64,000 nucleotides of DNA, from assembly GCA_951406725.2 (NCBI GenBank), contig OX597819.1:53940001-54004000 (forward strand). The letters run 5' to 3'. The notes under the pieces are model-generated. The model was not told where the DNA came from and did no database searches. It saw only the letters and a list, made by a program, of their open reading frames with translations. Positions 1 through 64,000 of this stretch are shown piece by piece. Source of the stretch: Octopus vulgaris (taxonomy: Eukaryota). The translations under genes were made by a program, and so were the position numbers. Numbering within the stretch: position 1 is the first letter of the stretch; every line of letters begins with the position of its first letter.

Positions 1-976
1 GTTCAAACAGTGGAAATAAGTATTCAATGATTTGTGTTAAACTTCTTTAAATCTAAGTTTATAACAGAAATATAGAAGATTAACTAAATTATTGCTAAAA
101 GATGATTATAGAATTTAAACAATCTTCCTTGATCTTACAATATGTTGGTTTAATTTTAATTTTTATATCACATGAAATCATTTTCACAATTAAACTTTAA
201 CATAATTTATTTAAGTATGTTTCTAGATAAAAAAAAACTTCTAATTAATAACAATCATTAAGATAAGATATTATATTTTGATATTTACATAGTTTATAAA
301 GCATACATACAATCATCACCACACCAATTTACATCTGTTTTTCCATTCTGGTATGGGTCAGATAAGTTATATACTTGACATGGTCTGCATCATCTTGCAC
401 ATGCAGCAACTGAGAAAGCAAGCCAATACATCATATAGTGTGAACTGCATGTATTTTATTGTGCTCCTTGCATGTGAGATATTTTCCTATGCAGAAATAT
501 TTAAGAGATCCCCTGTATATCTGTACGAGTTCTTATTTAGAGTTACAACCCAACTAAATGCCTAGCATGCATTGCACCTTGCAGAGTCCATGTCTTGCTC
601 ATGTATTTCATTTTTTGGCTTGCTATCTATGCTGGATGTATCTTCTATCACCAGCCTCTATACAAAGTGTATTGAAAGCATTCAATCATGCCACAAATAC
701 TAAAGAAGCTGTCCAATGAAAGAGGACCAAAGAGTAGCCTCTGCTCTGAATAACTCCTTCTTTAGAGTTAGTGTCCTCCAAATGGATTACCTGGGACATA
801 GTTTGCAGAGTCCACACACACACACACTTTATATATAATACAATAGTTTTGGTTAACATTAATTAGATTTTCATCCAGTAATTCTGAAACATTCCTATTT
901 TAAACACTGGAAATGAAGAACATCATTAATCATTATAAGGACACAAAGAAAGAAGATAACAAAGATGTTAATTTAC

Positions 977-1048
977 TGGTGTATTCCAAGGGTAAGTCAG
1001 GCAGTGGAATCTGATCCAGTTGTACACGTTCAGCATTCTTCACTTGTT
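977..1048 (-). CDS. WBP11: WBP11 coding exon 6 (EQVKNAERVQLDQIPLPDLPLEYT)
   Basis: ttcag acceptor, gtaaat donor, 72 nt; resembles human DAVKNAQHVEVESIPLPDMP. Confidence 0.9.
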
Positions 1049-4000
1049 CTGAAATAGAAAAGTAATATTTAATTGAAATACACAAGGGCTAGTGGTGACA
1101 AGAAGATGATTGAATCTTACAAAGTATTTCTGAGATTATAAACCACTGGAATATTTGACAAATCACTTTAATTCTAATCCTTTTATGCTTTTATTTTTAA
1201 ATTTAACTTTATAAAATTTGTCAGTAAGAAGATTGCTTCCTAACCATATTCAATCTTACTGCACAACAACTTAGGCAAGTGTCTTCTCATATAACCTGGG
1301 GGCCAACCAAAGCCTTATGAGTGAATTTGGTATGGAACCTGAATAAAGCCTATCGTATATGTATCTATATACGAGCACGTGTGTACCTTTGTCTTGACAT
1401 CATGTGATGATTATAAATGGGCATTACTGCCATACAAGCGATGTTGTTTAATTTTCAGTCTTCCATGAAAAAGATGCCTGGCCGTGAAGAAATATTACCT
1501 AGCTTGGACACAGGTAAGGGATGGTGATAGAAAGGGTATCTGGCTATAGAAAACTTGCCACAACAAATTCCATCTGACCCATGCAAGCATGGTGGAGTGA
1601 TTGTCAAAAATGAACAGAACTTATAAATAATTTCTAGCATTCTAGTTGTAGCTTCAATTTACTGTATGTTACATATTTCAGTCATACAATTTGGACATTT
1701 ATAATGATAATGATAATAATGAAATTATTGTATACAGTGCTCAGGTGCACCACAACTTGTCAAAAAGTGAGCATAAAGTATATGCAGTAATGTACAAATG
1801 TCTGGAAAGCGAACAGTGTATGAGTCAGATACATGCTTGTGTGTATATGGAGGGGAGAAAATCAGGTGTAGTGTTGGCGAATCTCAGGAAGCATGGAAGT
1901 TTTGAAGGATGCAGTGCTCCGACAACTAACAACTGATGCCGGCAGTCAGTTCCATACTTCAGCAACTCTTAGCATGAAAAAGTGTTTCCAAAAGTCATAG
2001 GAGCTGTGCTGTTTTCTGACTTTGTAAACATGTCCACGGGTGTTAGACAGGTGGAGTTTGAAAAGGTGCTCAGAGTTATTGTTTGTAAGATGGTTAATAA
2101 TTCTATGGGTGTCTGCCAAGTCAGCTGCCAGATGTCGGAGTTTCAATGTGTCCATCCCCAGGGAAGTAAGGCGTTCAGAATATGGCAAATGCCTGACGGA
2201 GGGTATTCTTTTGGTTGCACGTCGCTGAACGGCTTCCAGACAATTAATATCCTGGGCAAGATAGGGGTTCCAGACTGGTGATGCAAATTCCAGGTGAGGT
2301 CGTACCATAGCCATATAAAGCCGCAGATAGATAGCCGAAAAGCGGCTCACAAAGGACTTGGTAAGTGATGCCAAGACACCCTCAGCCTTCTTGGCAATTT
2401 TAGCGATGTGTTTTTGTCCAATGCAAATCGCTGTCGACAATAACACCCAGGTCACGTTCACACGAAGACTTTTTGAGATTAGTGTTGTGGAGGGAGTAAG
2501 TAGACGCTGGGTTTCTTCTCCCAAAATGCATGGTGGTATATTTGTCCACAGCCAGCTTGAGTTGCCAGTCCATGATCCACTGCTGTTGAACCTCCAGTAA
2601 ACAAGTGTAATTTATTTGCTAAGGGTTGTACCATGCTGATTTCAAATAAAGATGAAATGGTGCTATATATGGCTATTTATGACTATAAAATTTAAGATCT
2701 TATAACTCCTTCATTATTCTTCGATTTAAATTTCGAACCACGCTAAGATAAATCTAGAAGTGGTTATCTCCCTTACAATAACTGCATCGGGGCACACCAC
2801 TTGGTCAAGGTAAATCATTAATGATCTATAAATTAGCGTGTCCAACTCAGTGGTTCCCTATAATTTAGTTAACCCTCAAACAACACCCTCTCATCTGTTT
2901 TGGCTTGTTCTCTATGGGCTAGAAATCTGCTGTTTGTATATGTAAGACAGTAAGAAAAGTTTAGAGGAAAATTTGAGTATTGGAACCACTTACTCTTTTA
3001 GTTGTTATTTTGACATTGCTACTGATTCAACACTCGATCATTCTTGAGTAAGCAGATTTATGATCAAAAGTATCCAAGCTGTGACCTCTGTTGTGCTCTT
3101 TAGCCTTAGGTCAGCCTGGCTGATCAGACTTATGATCAAAAGCATTTGAGCTGTCCTCATCTTCTCTCTTTGTATATCTAAGACTAACATTGTCTAGAGT
3201 GTCCATCATGTGTGTTTCTCTCTATATAGGACTAACACTGTCTAATACATCCTTCCCTTCTTTAAAGATGATGGGGTTTGGTTTGAAGGAGATTAAGAAG
3301 CTATTTCTAGAGGTTCCCTTATTGGCTAAAAAAAATAGTTGCAATTGATGTAAATGGCTAACTAACCAAAGTATATCTGTAACTGGATCCTCTTCTTATC
3401 ATACTCAGACTCTGCTCTCCTTAGTTCTAATGCATACTCAGGATTTTCTTTATCCTGTAAGACAAGATGAAAAACAAAAGTCATACTAAAATATTGCACA
3501 CAAAATCAAGCAATAATAGACTCTTTTCTATTAATGTCAAATATGCATCTAACTTTTTAACAAAAATTTACGTGTTCTTCAAAATGCTATTCAATAATAT
3601 CTTACATGGATATTTCCATATAGAGAGATTAGTTTAAAGTGGCAATAAGATTTAGGTTAAAATCGCAATGCATGTTTCAATCAACCCTTTTTTCTGTTGC
3701 AGCTTCATCATCATTATAATTAGCACTGGTGTCATTATTTCTTAACATCTGTTCTCCTCACCATATCCAAGACTATGTAAAATGCATATGAAATGGACTA
3801 CTACAATTTAGAATATGGTTAGCATGTTTCTATGAACATTCAGTAGCTCTGACGTTGGTTACCACATGAGGGTTCTCCTATTTGTTACTGCTTATCCCCA
3901 GGTTTTGTTTGAGGAGCAGACCTATGATAAACAGCATTCCAGTCATGAGCATTCTGTCATTTTTGTATAACAAGGGCAATATTATTCTATGTGTACTTAA

Positions 4001-7000
4001 TTTTTTTAAAGACTGTAGCATGAGAGATTTTTTGAAGACTGACATTGGCTTTTATATATGATAACCTTCCTTTTTAAGAAGATAGGGTGTGTGATTGGGA
4101 GAATCACATGGCCATACCTGTACACACACACACACACACACACATATATACATATATATATCGCCATGTTGATTCGTTAGCTACTGCACGCATTTTTTTT
4201 CTCTCCTCCTTTCTGTGTTTTTCTCTCTCTGTGTATCTTTCTGTTGAAGAGCGTAGGCTCGAAACGTTAAAGACTTGTTTTATTTATATTTCCTGAGTGC
4301 CATACTAATACAATTGTTCGTTTGTTTTCCACCTGCCTTCGTCTTTTGTTTATTTTCATAAAGCTTCCCGTTATATATATATATATATATACACATGTAT
4401 ATACATACACACACACATACATATACCAATGTACTAATATATACTATACAAATATACACAGACATTCATTTAGCAGTAAAACTGAAAGATATCAGAAAGT
4501 TGTTAATGTTTGCTACAGGCTTGTATGTAGCTGATGATGATGACGATGATATATATGTGTGTGTGTGTGTGTGAGCTGATGCTGATGACAGTGACAGTAG
4601 TGATGGTAGTCGTGGTGGTTGTGGTATGTGTGTATGTATGTACGTATGTATTTATAGCACTAATATAAACATGTGCATATAAACACAGAAATTCAATAAC
4701 AAAACAAAATGCTATATGTAATGGTATTAATATTTGCTATAAGTTTGTGTCTATGAGTATGTATTAGCAAAATCAATTTCATCCAAGAAAACAGGAAGAA
4801 AAGGATAGAAGTTTACTTCTGCACATTACATATCTACATGCTATTGTTCAAATTCTGTACATTACACAAACTCAGCAAGCAATTGTTACAGAGAACTATT
4901 TTTTATATACATATATGATGGTATCATGGCATCAACCAAACTATCGGATGTTGTTATACAACGCTGGTCACAATGCGCTTCTGATTGTTTCAGCTTTCAA
5001 ATGACACCACCCCACTATACTATATTGGTTCAACTGGTTACTTACATAGAGCTTTAGAATTCGCAGGAAAGTTTCTTTAAGTTTCTTCCGTTTGTCTTTC
5101 AAGACTTTCTCATTTAGTTTGGGCGGTTGGGTCGGATCATATTCTGGAAAAAAAATTAAAAACAGAGGATATATCTACAAAGCAAATAGGAAACAAGCAA
5201 GGGCTGGTGATAGAAAAGGCATCCTCAGAAAATCTGCTTCATTGCATTCCCTCTCACTCATGCAAGTATGGAGAAGTGGAGATTAAGATGATGATGAAAA
5301 GTGATAATAAAATTTGTAACAAAGAAATCACTCTACATTTAATGACTTAAAAATTAGTATGTGCCATGTATAACACAACACACAGTGAAGAATTAAAACA
5401 TTTTTGGTTAGGGTGAACAGGGAGGGGAGCCAGAGATGGTTGTTGTCTCAGGGCAAATGTGGAACTAATCAGGCCACTTCAATTTCCCAACAAACAAGTA
5501 AATTTTTTTTTTTTGTCACTCTCTCCTTTCTTAGAGTTGATTATTCAAGTAAACTATATTGCAACAGAATATAACATGTTGTTAGTGTTTGTAGATCAAT
5601 TCATTTATGAAAGAGAAAACAATTTATCGTTTAAAAAATCTACCAAATGAAGTAATCACTTTTCCTTTTGTATTAACCTAAATCATTGATTGATATTTTG
5701 AGTTATGATAATAAGAGATCATTGATACCTGACTAGATCAGAGGTAGGCAAACTTTCTGAGGCCAGGATGTTGTCATTGTTATCTTTCTTTTTATCATTA
5801 TGATGATGATGAAGATGATAATGATTCATTTGAGCCTACTACAAAAATAACATCATCATTCTTTAATGTCCACTTTCCATGCTGGCATGGGTTGGATGGT
5901 TTGACTGAGGTCTGGCAAGCCAGTGGGCTGCATCAGGCTCCAATCTGAACTAATCTACAGCTGGATGCCCTTCCTAATGCCAACCATTCTGAGAGTTGTA
6001 GTGGGTGCTTTTTATGTGCCACCGGCATGGGAGCCAGTCAGAGAGCACTGGTATCGACCATGTTCGGATGGTGGTTTTTACATGCCACCAGCACAGGATC
6101 CAGCCAGGGGGCACTCTATTTTTCAATACTGAATTTCATAGATCATTAACCCTTTTACAGCAGAAATCAGATATATTCACTCAAAATTTCATTAACCTTA
6201 ATTGCAGAAAGCAGCTTTATATACCAATTGATCTTTTGTTGAGGAATGTCATGCCCAAAACTATTTTTTGTTGAGATATGTTGATTTTATTGAAGCATTG
6301 TGACTTCCAGAAAATACCAATTCTATTTTTTTGTAAATATTCAACATCATAACTGGAATAATCATGAAATTTAATGTTGCAGTCAAAGGGTTAAGTAAAA
6401 ATTGATAAAGAAAACAAAGAATTTTTTTATGAAGTGCTTACGTAAAGTTTGTAGGCCAGATTGGGACTACAGGTTGTATTACTAGTTAGCTGACCCAATA
6501 AGTTTCAGGTTATATTCAGAATATTATTACTAGGACCCTTTCATCACTTTTATGGTGTTAAAATTAAACTGTACTTGATGATCACCAAGTTTGATTTTTA
6601 AAATAAAGAACTTTAGTCAGAAATGCTGGAAAAAAAAAAGCTAAAATAAAATAAAGATAAACAGTAAGTTTACCCATTTTGTCGATTATCTCCATCTCTT
6701 GCAATATTTTGGTAGGGTCTTTTCCTTTCAGCACAGCTTGACGTACAAGCATACGCTGCTTTTTGTTCTAAAAATACAAAAGTAAAAATACCAAAGTCAA
6801 TTTTATCAGATTCAGGTGAAACTCAAAAATTTTTCATGGTAATGCAGGCTGTGGAAATGATGATGACAATGACAGAAGATGATGATCATGATGTTGGTAA
6901 TGATGATGATGGTGGTGATGATGATGTTGGTGGTGATGATGAGGAGGAGGCAGAGGAGGATATGAAGTCAAGCATTAAGCCTAAAACGTCTGTATCATTA

Positions 7001-10000
7001 CAACGTATTTTTGTTTTAATAGACTGATTTTGTGCATAACAAATACTCACTTTTTTTAACTCCCTTTTTCTCGCCTCTTTTCCTGAAATAAAAATAACAG
7101 GTTGTGTCTGATTAATAAAACATACAATTAGACATCTTATTTTAAATAATAAATTTTCATTACACCTTATCATTTATGTTTTTTATAGCTTTATTCAAAG
7201 CTGAATATTTGCATGAACTGGTTTCAACTGGCTATGCCCCTTAATGTTGACTTATTACTCAGTAAGTTATCAACTGTGTAGTCCCAGGTCAACAATGGTG
7301 AAGTTTTACAATCTTGACAGAAACAAACACAAATACACATCAAATGATATATATATATATATATATATATATCATTTGATGTGTATTTGTGTTATATATA
7401 TATGTGTGTGTGTGTGCGTATATTGGGCTTCCACACAGTTTTCATCTCCAAAATTTCACCCCAAACTAGTGGTTTCTTGAAAGCTACAGTAGAAAACATT
7501 TGCCCAAGGTTTAACAAAGTGGGGTCAAACTTGAGCCATATGGTTACAAAGTGAGCATTTTTAACTAGATAGCTATGACTGTATTTACTACTACAATTGT
7601 AAACACAAAAAATTTATACTTAGTTTCATTGCCATCCCATAAAATTAACATGTGATCTGTTAATATTCTTCAGAACCACTACTTACTTTGAAGAAGTAGT
7701 GAAAATTGGGAAGCTAATGAGAAGACCCAAATAGACTTAATTGGTTTCAAATTTTGGTACAAGACCAGCAATTTCAGGGGATTAGATTGACCCCAATGCT
7801 TAACTGGTACTTATTTTATCAACCCCAAAAGGATAAAAGGTAAAGACGACCTCGGCAGAACTTGAATTCTGAATATAAAGATGGAAGAAATGCTGCTAAG
7901 CACTTTGCCCAGCATGCCAAAAATTCTGCTAGCTTGCTATATTCAAACAGACTTAAACTGATTCCTACAATTGGTCTGAGACCATAAATTCAGAGGAGGA
8001 CACATGCTTGATTATATTGACCCCAGTACTTTATTGCTACTAATTTTAACCATGGAAAAGATGAAAGATAAAGCCGACCTTGGTAGGATTTGAACACAGT
8101 CTGTAACTAAAAGATGCAGGTATTTATTCTGATACCCTATTGATTCTACCACATACCATCCAATAATATGATGCACCTAATTCTCTAATGGTTCTTTCTT
8201 TTTTTCTTAATTAAATCATTTATTACTGAATTCTTTCTAGTTACATTTTTTTTTTTATATATTTTGCTTGTTGCTTTCTTTTTTTGTTTCTTGTGAAGAC
8301 CTGTTGAGGCAAGTGAAATCGAAATCGAAATCAAATTCGATGACTGGCATACATGCTTGTGGAGTGCTCTTAGAGTACCATCTGAGCGTGATTGTTGCCA
8401 GAGCAACAAACTGGCTTCCATGCCAGTGGCCCGTAAAAAGCACCATTCGAGTGTGATCGTTACCTGCATCACCTTAGTGGCACTTGTTTTGGAGGCACGT
8501 GAAAAACATTTGAGCGAGGTCGTTGCCAGTGTCACTGGACTGGCTCCTGTGCAAGTGGCACATAAAAAGCACCATTTGAGCGTCGCTGTTACCAGTACTG
8601 CCTGACTGGCCCTTGTGCTGGTGGCACGTAAAAGCACCCACTACACTCTCGGAGTGGTTGGTGTTAGGAAGGTCATCCAGCTGTAGAAACTCTGCCAGAT
8701 CAGATTGGAGCCTGGTGCAGCCATCTGGTTCGCCAGACCTCTGTCAAATCATCCAACCCATGCTAACATGGAAACCGGACGTTAAACGATGATGATGACT
8801 ACCTTGATTGAAATGTTTGATATTGAATTTGCTGTTCGTAGTTTTGTTGCAGACCATGAAATTTGCTTGCTACCTCTCAGACTGAAGTTTTTTCAGGAGA
8901 ATAAGATAAAAAATAAAAAGTGATCCATATTCGTAAATGTGGTTATCAATGTATGACATATGCTATACATTGTTATGGAAGCTTTCATCCACTTCGGTGA
9001 GCACTAACTAAAAAACCAGACGATGAGGAAGTTTTTATGTGATCACTTGACTTGCTAGAAACAGCAGCCAAACTTTCTTTAGTCTAGAATTTTAAAAGAA
9101 CAACAATATAATATATGACGTTGTCTGGCGATCCTTCGGTATAGGTACACACGTGACTTTGTTTACATTTCTGAAGACAAGAGAAACCCTTTTCTCCCAA
9201 ACCTAACACAAACCCTAACCCTAACCCCCCCCCCCATATATATATATAAAAAAATACTTTCTTGAAATGTATCCGGTACTTATACCGAAGTTACGCCCGT
9301 TGTCTTAGATACACTAAGCTTGAAATGTAGATGGGATCAGATGTGGCTGGAATACATCTGATTACAGATCCGCTTAATCAATACTTACCTAGGGCTAAAC
9401 AACAAAAGACACCAAAAGAATGTTTGTCTTATATTAATTAGAAACATATTTAGGATATTTTAAAGTCGTTCTTTTAAAGATATCTAAGGCTTTTGGCAAA
9501 AGTTTGAAATTGCAGACTTCATAGTGGAATAACTGGTCATGCAAATGCAACATACCAAAGTTCTAAAATACATTCAAACGTAAAATACAAAATCAGAGAA
9601 GTTTAGTCATTGTCAATATAATCAGTGTTTATTCTATTTCATTTCTTGATGAATGATATTTTACTATAATTTATCCTTTCTCTGTTGTTTTCCTATTTCC
9701 TTATCGCAATCTTTTTATCTAATTCACAATTCGCCCGATTTTAACATGTGTTGCAAGGAGAAAATGATGGGTAGACCGTAATTTTTCTGCATACTTAACT
9801 AAAATCGGCCTGAAAGGACTTTCTGTTACCATTTCACTGAATTCAGCTCAGGAAAAAAACAACACAAAATATGTTTGTAAAACCCTTCACTTCAATGACC
9901 AACACTTAATTGGCATAACAAGTAAATGTTAATTATTAGTTTATTAATGCAATGATGTCAAGAAAATAAATTTCCTATGCAATAATTCCAAGCGTAAAAA

Positions 10001-10207
10001 TTAATAGGAGTCAAATAATAAAACCATTTACAGAATATTAAGGAGCTAAGCTTTGGTCAGGGGCACTTACGATAAATAAACTCATTGATGCTCCTATAAC
10101 ATCGATCCTAAACATTTATTGCGATACGAAAAATAAAACTTACTGGCTTGATCAGTGGGGTTCATATACTTCCCACTTTTAGTGGTGTTTATAGATCTGC
10201 GTCCCAT
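977..10207 (-). CDS. WBP11: WW domain-binding protein 11 (splicing factor SIPP1/NpwBP), 5' part; 6 coding exons, gene continues left of the window
   Basis: Exons 10207-10144, 7082-7051, 6767-6674, 5143-5046, 3454-3367 and 1048-977, all GT-AG with consistent phases. They splice to [50 protein letters not shown]...KLNEKVLKDKRKKLKETF...QIPLPDLP, the conserved WBP11 N-terminus (human [37 protein letters not shown]). Confidence 0.96.
1700..2600 (-). mobile_element. 5'-truncated CR1-group LINE (RT C-terminus, 3'UTR and (TAT)n-like tail)
   Basis: ORF 1946-2524 has RPHLEFASPVWNP, AVQRRATK and NTRGHVYK; same family as 27963-29095 and 43600-45950. Confidence 0.88.
3367..3454 (-). CDS. WBP11: WBP11 coding exon 5 (DKENPEYALELRRAESEYDKKRIQLQIYF)
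   Basis: ttacag acceptor, gttagt donor, 88 nt. Confidence 0.92.
4160..4375 (+). mobile_element. Penelope-type pseudo-LTR-like repeat with minimal hammerhead-like motif (family 2)
   Basis: tcttt-CTGTTGAA-GAGC-gtag-GCTC-GAAACGTT-aaaga at 4236-4273; related copy inverted at 36460-36653; both embedded in (TA)n/(CA)n. Confidence 0.6.
5046..5143 (-). CDS. WBP11: WBP11 coding exon 4 (EYDPTQPPKLNEKVLKDKRKKLKETFLRILKLY)
   Basis: ttccag acceptor, gtaagt donor, 98 nt. Confidence 0.94.
6146..6394. mobile_element. TTAA-flanked MITE (piggyBac-like ends), degraded
   Basis: ttaaCCCTTT...AAAGGGttaa termini. Confidence 0.5.
6674..6767 (-). CDS. WBP11: WBP11 coding exon 3 ([31 protein letters not shown])
   Basis: tttag acceptor, gtaaac donor, 94 nt. 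Confidence 0.93.
7051..7082 (-). CDS. WBP11: WBP11 coding exon 2 ([11 protein letters not shown])
   Basis: ttcag acceptor, gtgagt donor, 32 nt. Confidence 0.93.
8290..8798 (+). mobile_element. Abundant repeat family A (3'UTR of an RTE LINE, (GAT)n tail)
   Basis: Internal GGTGGCACGTAAAAAGCACC sub-repeats; ends CATGGAAA..GGACGTTAAACGATGATGAT. Many copies, e.g. 5850-6110, 11905-12285, 20120-20480, 39820-39998 and 62985-63218. Confidence 0.8.
9127..9297. mobile_element. 171-bp MITE with 8-bp TSD (Merlin-like GG termini) and internal CCCTAA repeats
   Basis: TIRs GGCGATCCTTCGGTATAGGTAC / GTACTTATACCGAAGTTACGCC; TSD CGTTGTCT at 9119-9126 and 9298-9305. Confidence 0.78.
10144..10207 (-). CDS. WBP11: WBP11 coding exon 1 ([21 protein letters not shown])
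   Basis: ATG at 10207, donor gtaagt, 64 nt, phase 1. Confidence 0.95.
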
Positions 10208-10657
10208 TTTCTTTCGTTTAGATTGTCAGATAATAGGAAAATAAACTAAAATAAATATTGAGTTGATATTTTAAGCCGCCATAGTTAGCCACGTGACCTT
10301 GCAACCAAAAACGAAATAGGAATGCTGTAAGAAATTAATGAAATAGTAAGTCAACATTTACGGCATTCTTTATTTATAATACATCAATATAGTTATTAAT
10401 ATCAATATGCATAATATATATTTCAGTTGTGTTTTTTTAAATTTTATCATTGATTTGTCAAAACCCAAGAACGACAACCATAAAATGGTATTCCTAAGTG
10501 ACAATAGAGGCTAAGTAGTAGTGAGAGGAGGTATAGTGAGGAAGGAGGTGTGTGTTTTGCAGAGTGAAGGCGACCATCAGAGTTGGTGTTTGTGTGTGTG
10601 AATGTCTTAAGTGTGGTGTCAGGTGTGTGAGGATTTCTGCAGATACCTTTTGTCAAA
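10208..10657. promoter_or_regulatory. Putative bidirectional promoter and 5'UTRs of WBP11 and EXOC7
   Basis: Divergent ATGs at 10207 (-) and 10658 (+) with a repeat-free interval. YY1-like GCCGCCAT at 10275-10282 and E-box/CLEAR-like CCACGTGAC at 10289-10297. Confidence 0.75.
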
Positions 10658-62607
<51,950 letters not shown>

Positions 62608-62930
62608 GTAAGTACATTTACATTTATTTTTCAAAATATTTATCTTTGCAGTTGGTGAATAGTATTTTTTTTTTATTTGTTTGTTTTTTTTTTAGCATAT
62701 ATGATATGTTTTTGTATTTAGCATATATGATATTTTAAATACAGTTTTTATTGTTTTCAGCAAAATTACCTTTCTAAAGTTATTACCTTAACTACATGAC
62801 ATGGCTTTGTGGCTAAGATGCTCATTTTGCAACCGCATGGTTTTGGGTTCAGTCCCACTATTTGACACCTACGGCAAGTGTCTTTGAATGAATTATTAAT
62901 TTGATAGACAGAAACTGTATGAAAACCCAT

Positions 62931-62987
<57 letters not shown>

Positions 62988-63225
62988 ACCATCCATTCGT
63001 GGCCGTTTGCCAGCTCTGTCTGGCACCTGTACAGGTGGCACGTAAAAAGCACCCACTACACTCACGGAGTGGTTGGCGTTAGGAAGGGCATCCAGCCGTA
63101 GAAACACTGCCAAATCTGACTGGGCCTGATGAAGCCTTCCGGCTTCACAGACCCCAGTTAAACCGTCCAACATATGCTAGCATGGAAAACGGACGCTAAA
63201 TGATGATGATGATGATGATATATAT

Positions 63226-63710
63226 AGGTGCAGGAGTAGCTGTGTGATAAGTAGCTTGCTTACCAACCACATGGTTCCAGGTTCAGACCCACTGTGTGAC
63301 ACCTTGGGCAAGTGTCTTCTACTCGGGACGACCAAAGACTTGTAAGTGGATTTGGTAGACGGAAACTGAAAGAAGCCCATCGCGTATATATATATGTATG
63401 TTTGTACATATATATATATATATATGTGTGTTTGTATATGTTTATGTATCTGTGTTTGTCCCCCCAACATCGCTTGACAACCGATGGCAGTGTGTTTACA
63501 CACCAGCATCGGTTGTCAAGCGATGTTGGGGGACAAACGCGCACGTGCGCACACACAAACACACACACACACAACGGGCATTTTTCAGTTTCCGTCTATC
63601 AAATCACTCACAAGGCTTTGGTCAGACAGAGGCTATAGTAGAAGACACCTGCCCAAAGTGCCATGCCGTGCGACTGAATCTGAAACCATCTGGTTGGTAA
63701 GCAAGCTATT
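63226..63710. mobile_element. Tail-to-tail inverted pair of family B SINEs
   Basis: Plus copy 63226-~63495 abuts a minus copy ~63498-63710, forming a long palindrome. Confidence 0.8.
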
Positions 63711-64000
63711 TTATTTCATAAATTGGCCATGCAGCCTTACAAAGATGTAGCTGCAGGCTGGACAAAGACGCAAATGATAATGGAATGAAAAAAATGAAAA
63801 GATGGTCGGTGGGGAAAGCAGACAAAGCCCACTGATTGCTGTTTCCCAAAAACATTGTTCCCTTTTTCTCAATAACACAAAATGAGGTATTAACCTCTTA
63901 CCAAAGTTCAAAGAATGGACACAATCATCCTTACAAGATGAGGCACTGAGCCTTTTACCAAAAAATAGCAAATTCGAATTTTAAATCAAAGCATTAAGGC

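Noticed and set aside
6836-7027. Acidic ORF (DDDHDVGNDDDGG...)
   Set aside because: Translation of a (GAT)/(GGT) microsatellite in WBP11 intron 2, on the antisense strand.

Overview
AT-rich, microsatellite-dense eukaryotic genomic DNA. The repeat landscape suggests a coleoid cephalopod such as Octopus, but this is inferred and unconfirmed. Two spliced housekeeping genes sit head-to-head, with start codons only ~450 bp apart. WBP11 lies on the minus strand (6 coding exons, 10207 down to 977, continuing off the left edge). EXOC7/Exo70 lies on the plus strand (21 coding exons, 10658-62607, 619 codons, C-terminus beyond the right edge). I assembled every exon by hand, and all splice phases are consistent. 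EXOC7 intron 2 is a U12-type (minor spliceosome) GT-AG intron that hosts a young RTE-BovB LINE with a twin-priming-type 5' inversion and intact TSD. The introns also hold CR1-group and RTE LINE fragments, several tRNA-derived SINE families, MITEs and a mariner/Tc1 remnant. The most novel-looking signal is a TSD-flanked fold-back element present in two copies (46744-47242 and ~56202-56522). It joins a tRNA/Pol III-type head to a Penelope-type minimal hammerhead ribozyme motif. A second hammerhead-bearing repeat family is also present. Most ORFs in the supplied track are spurious repeat or microsatellite translations.
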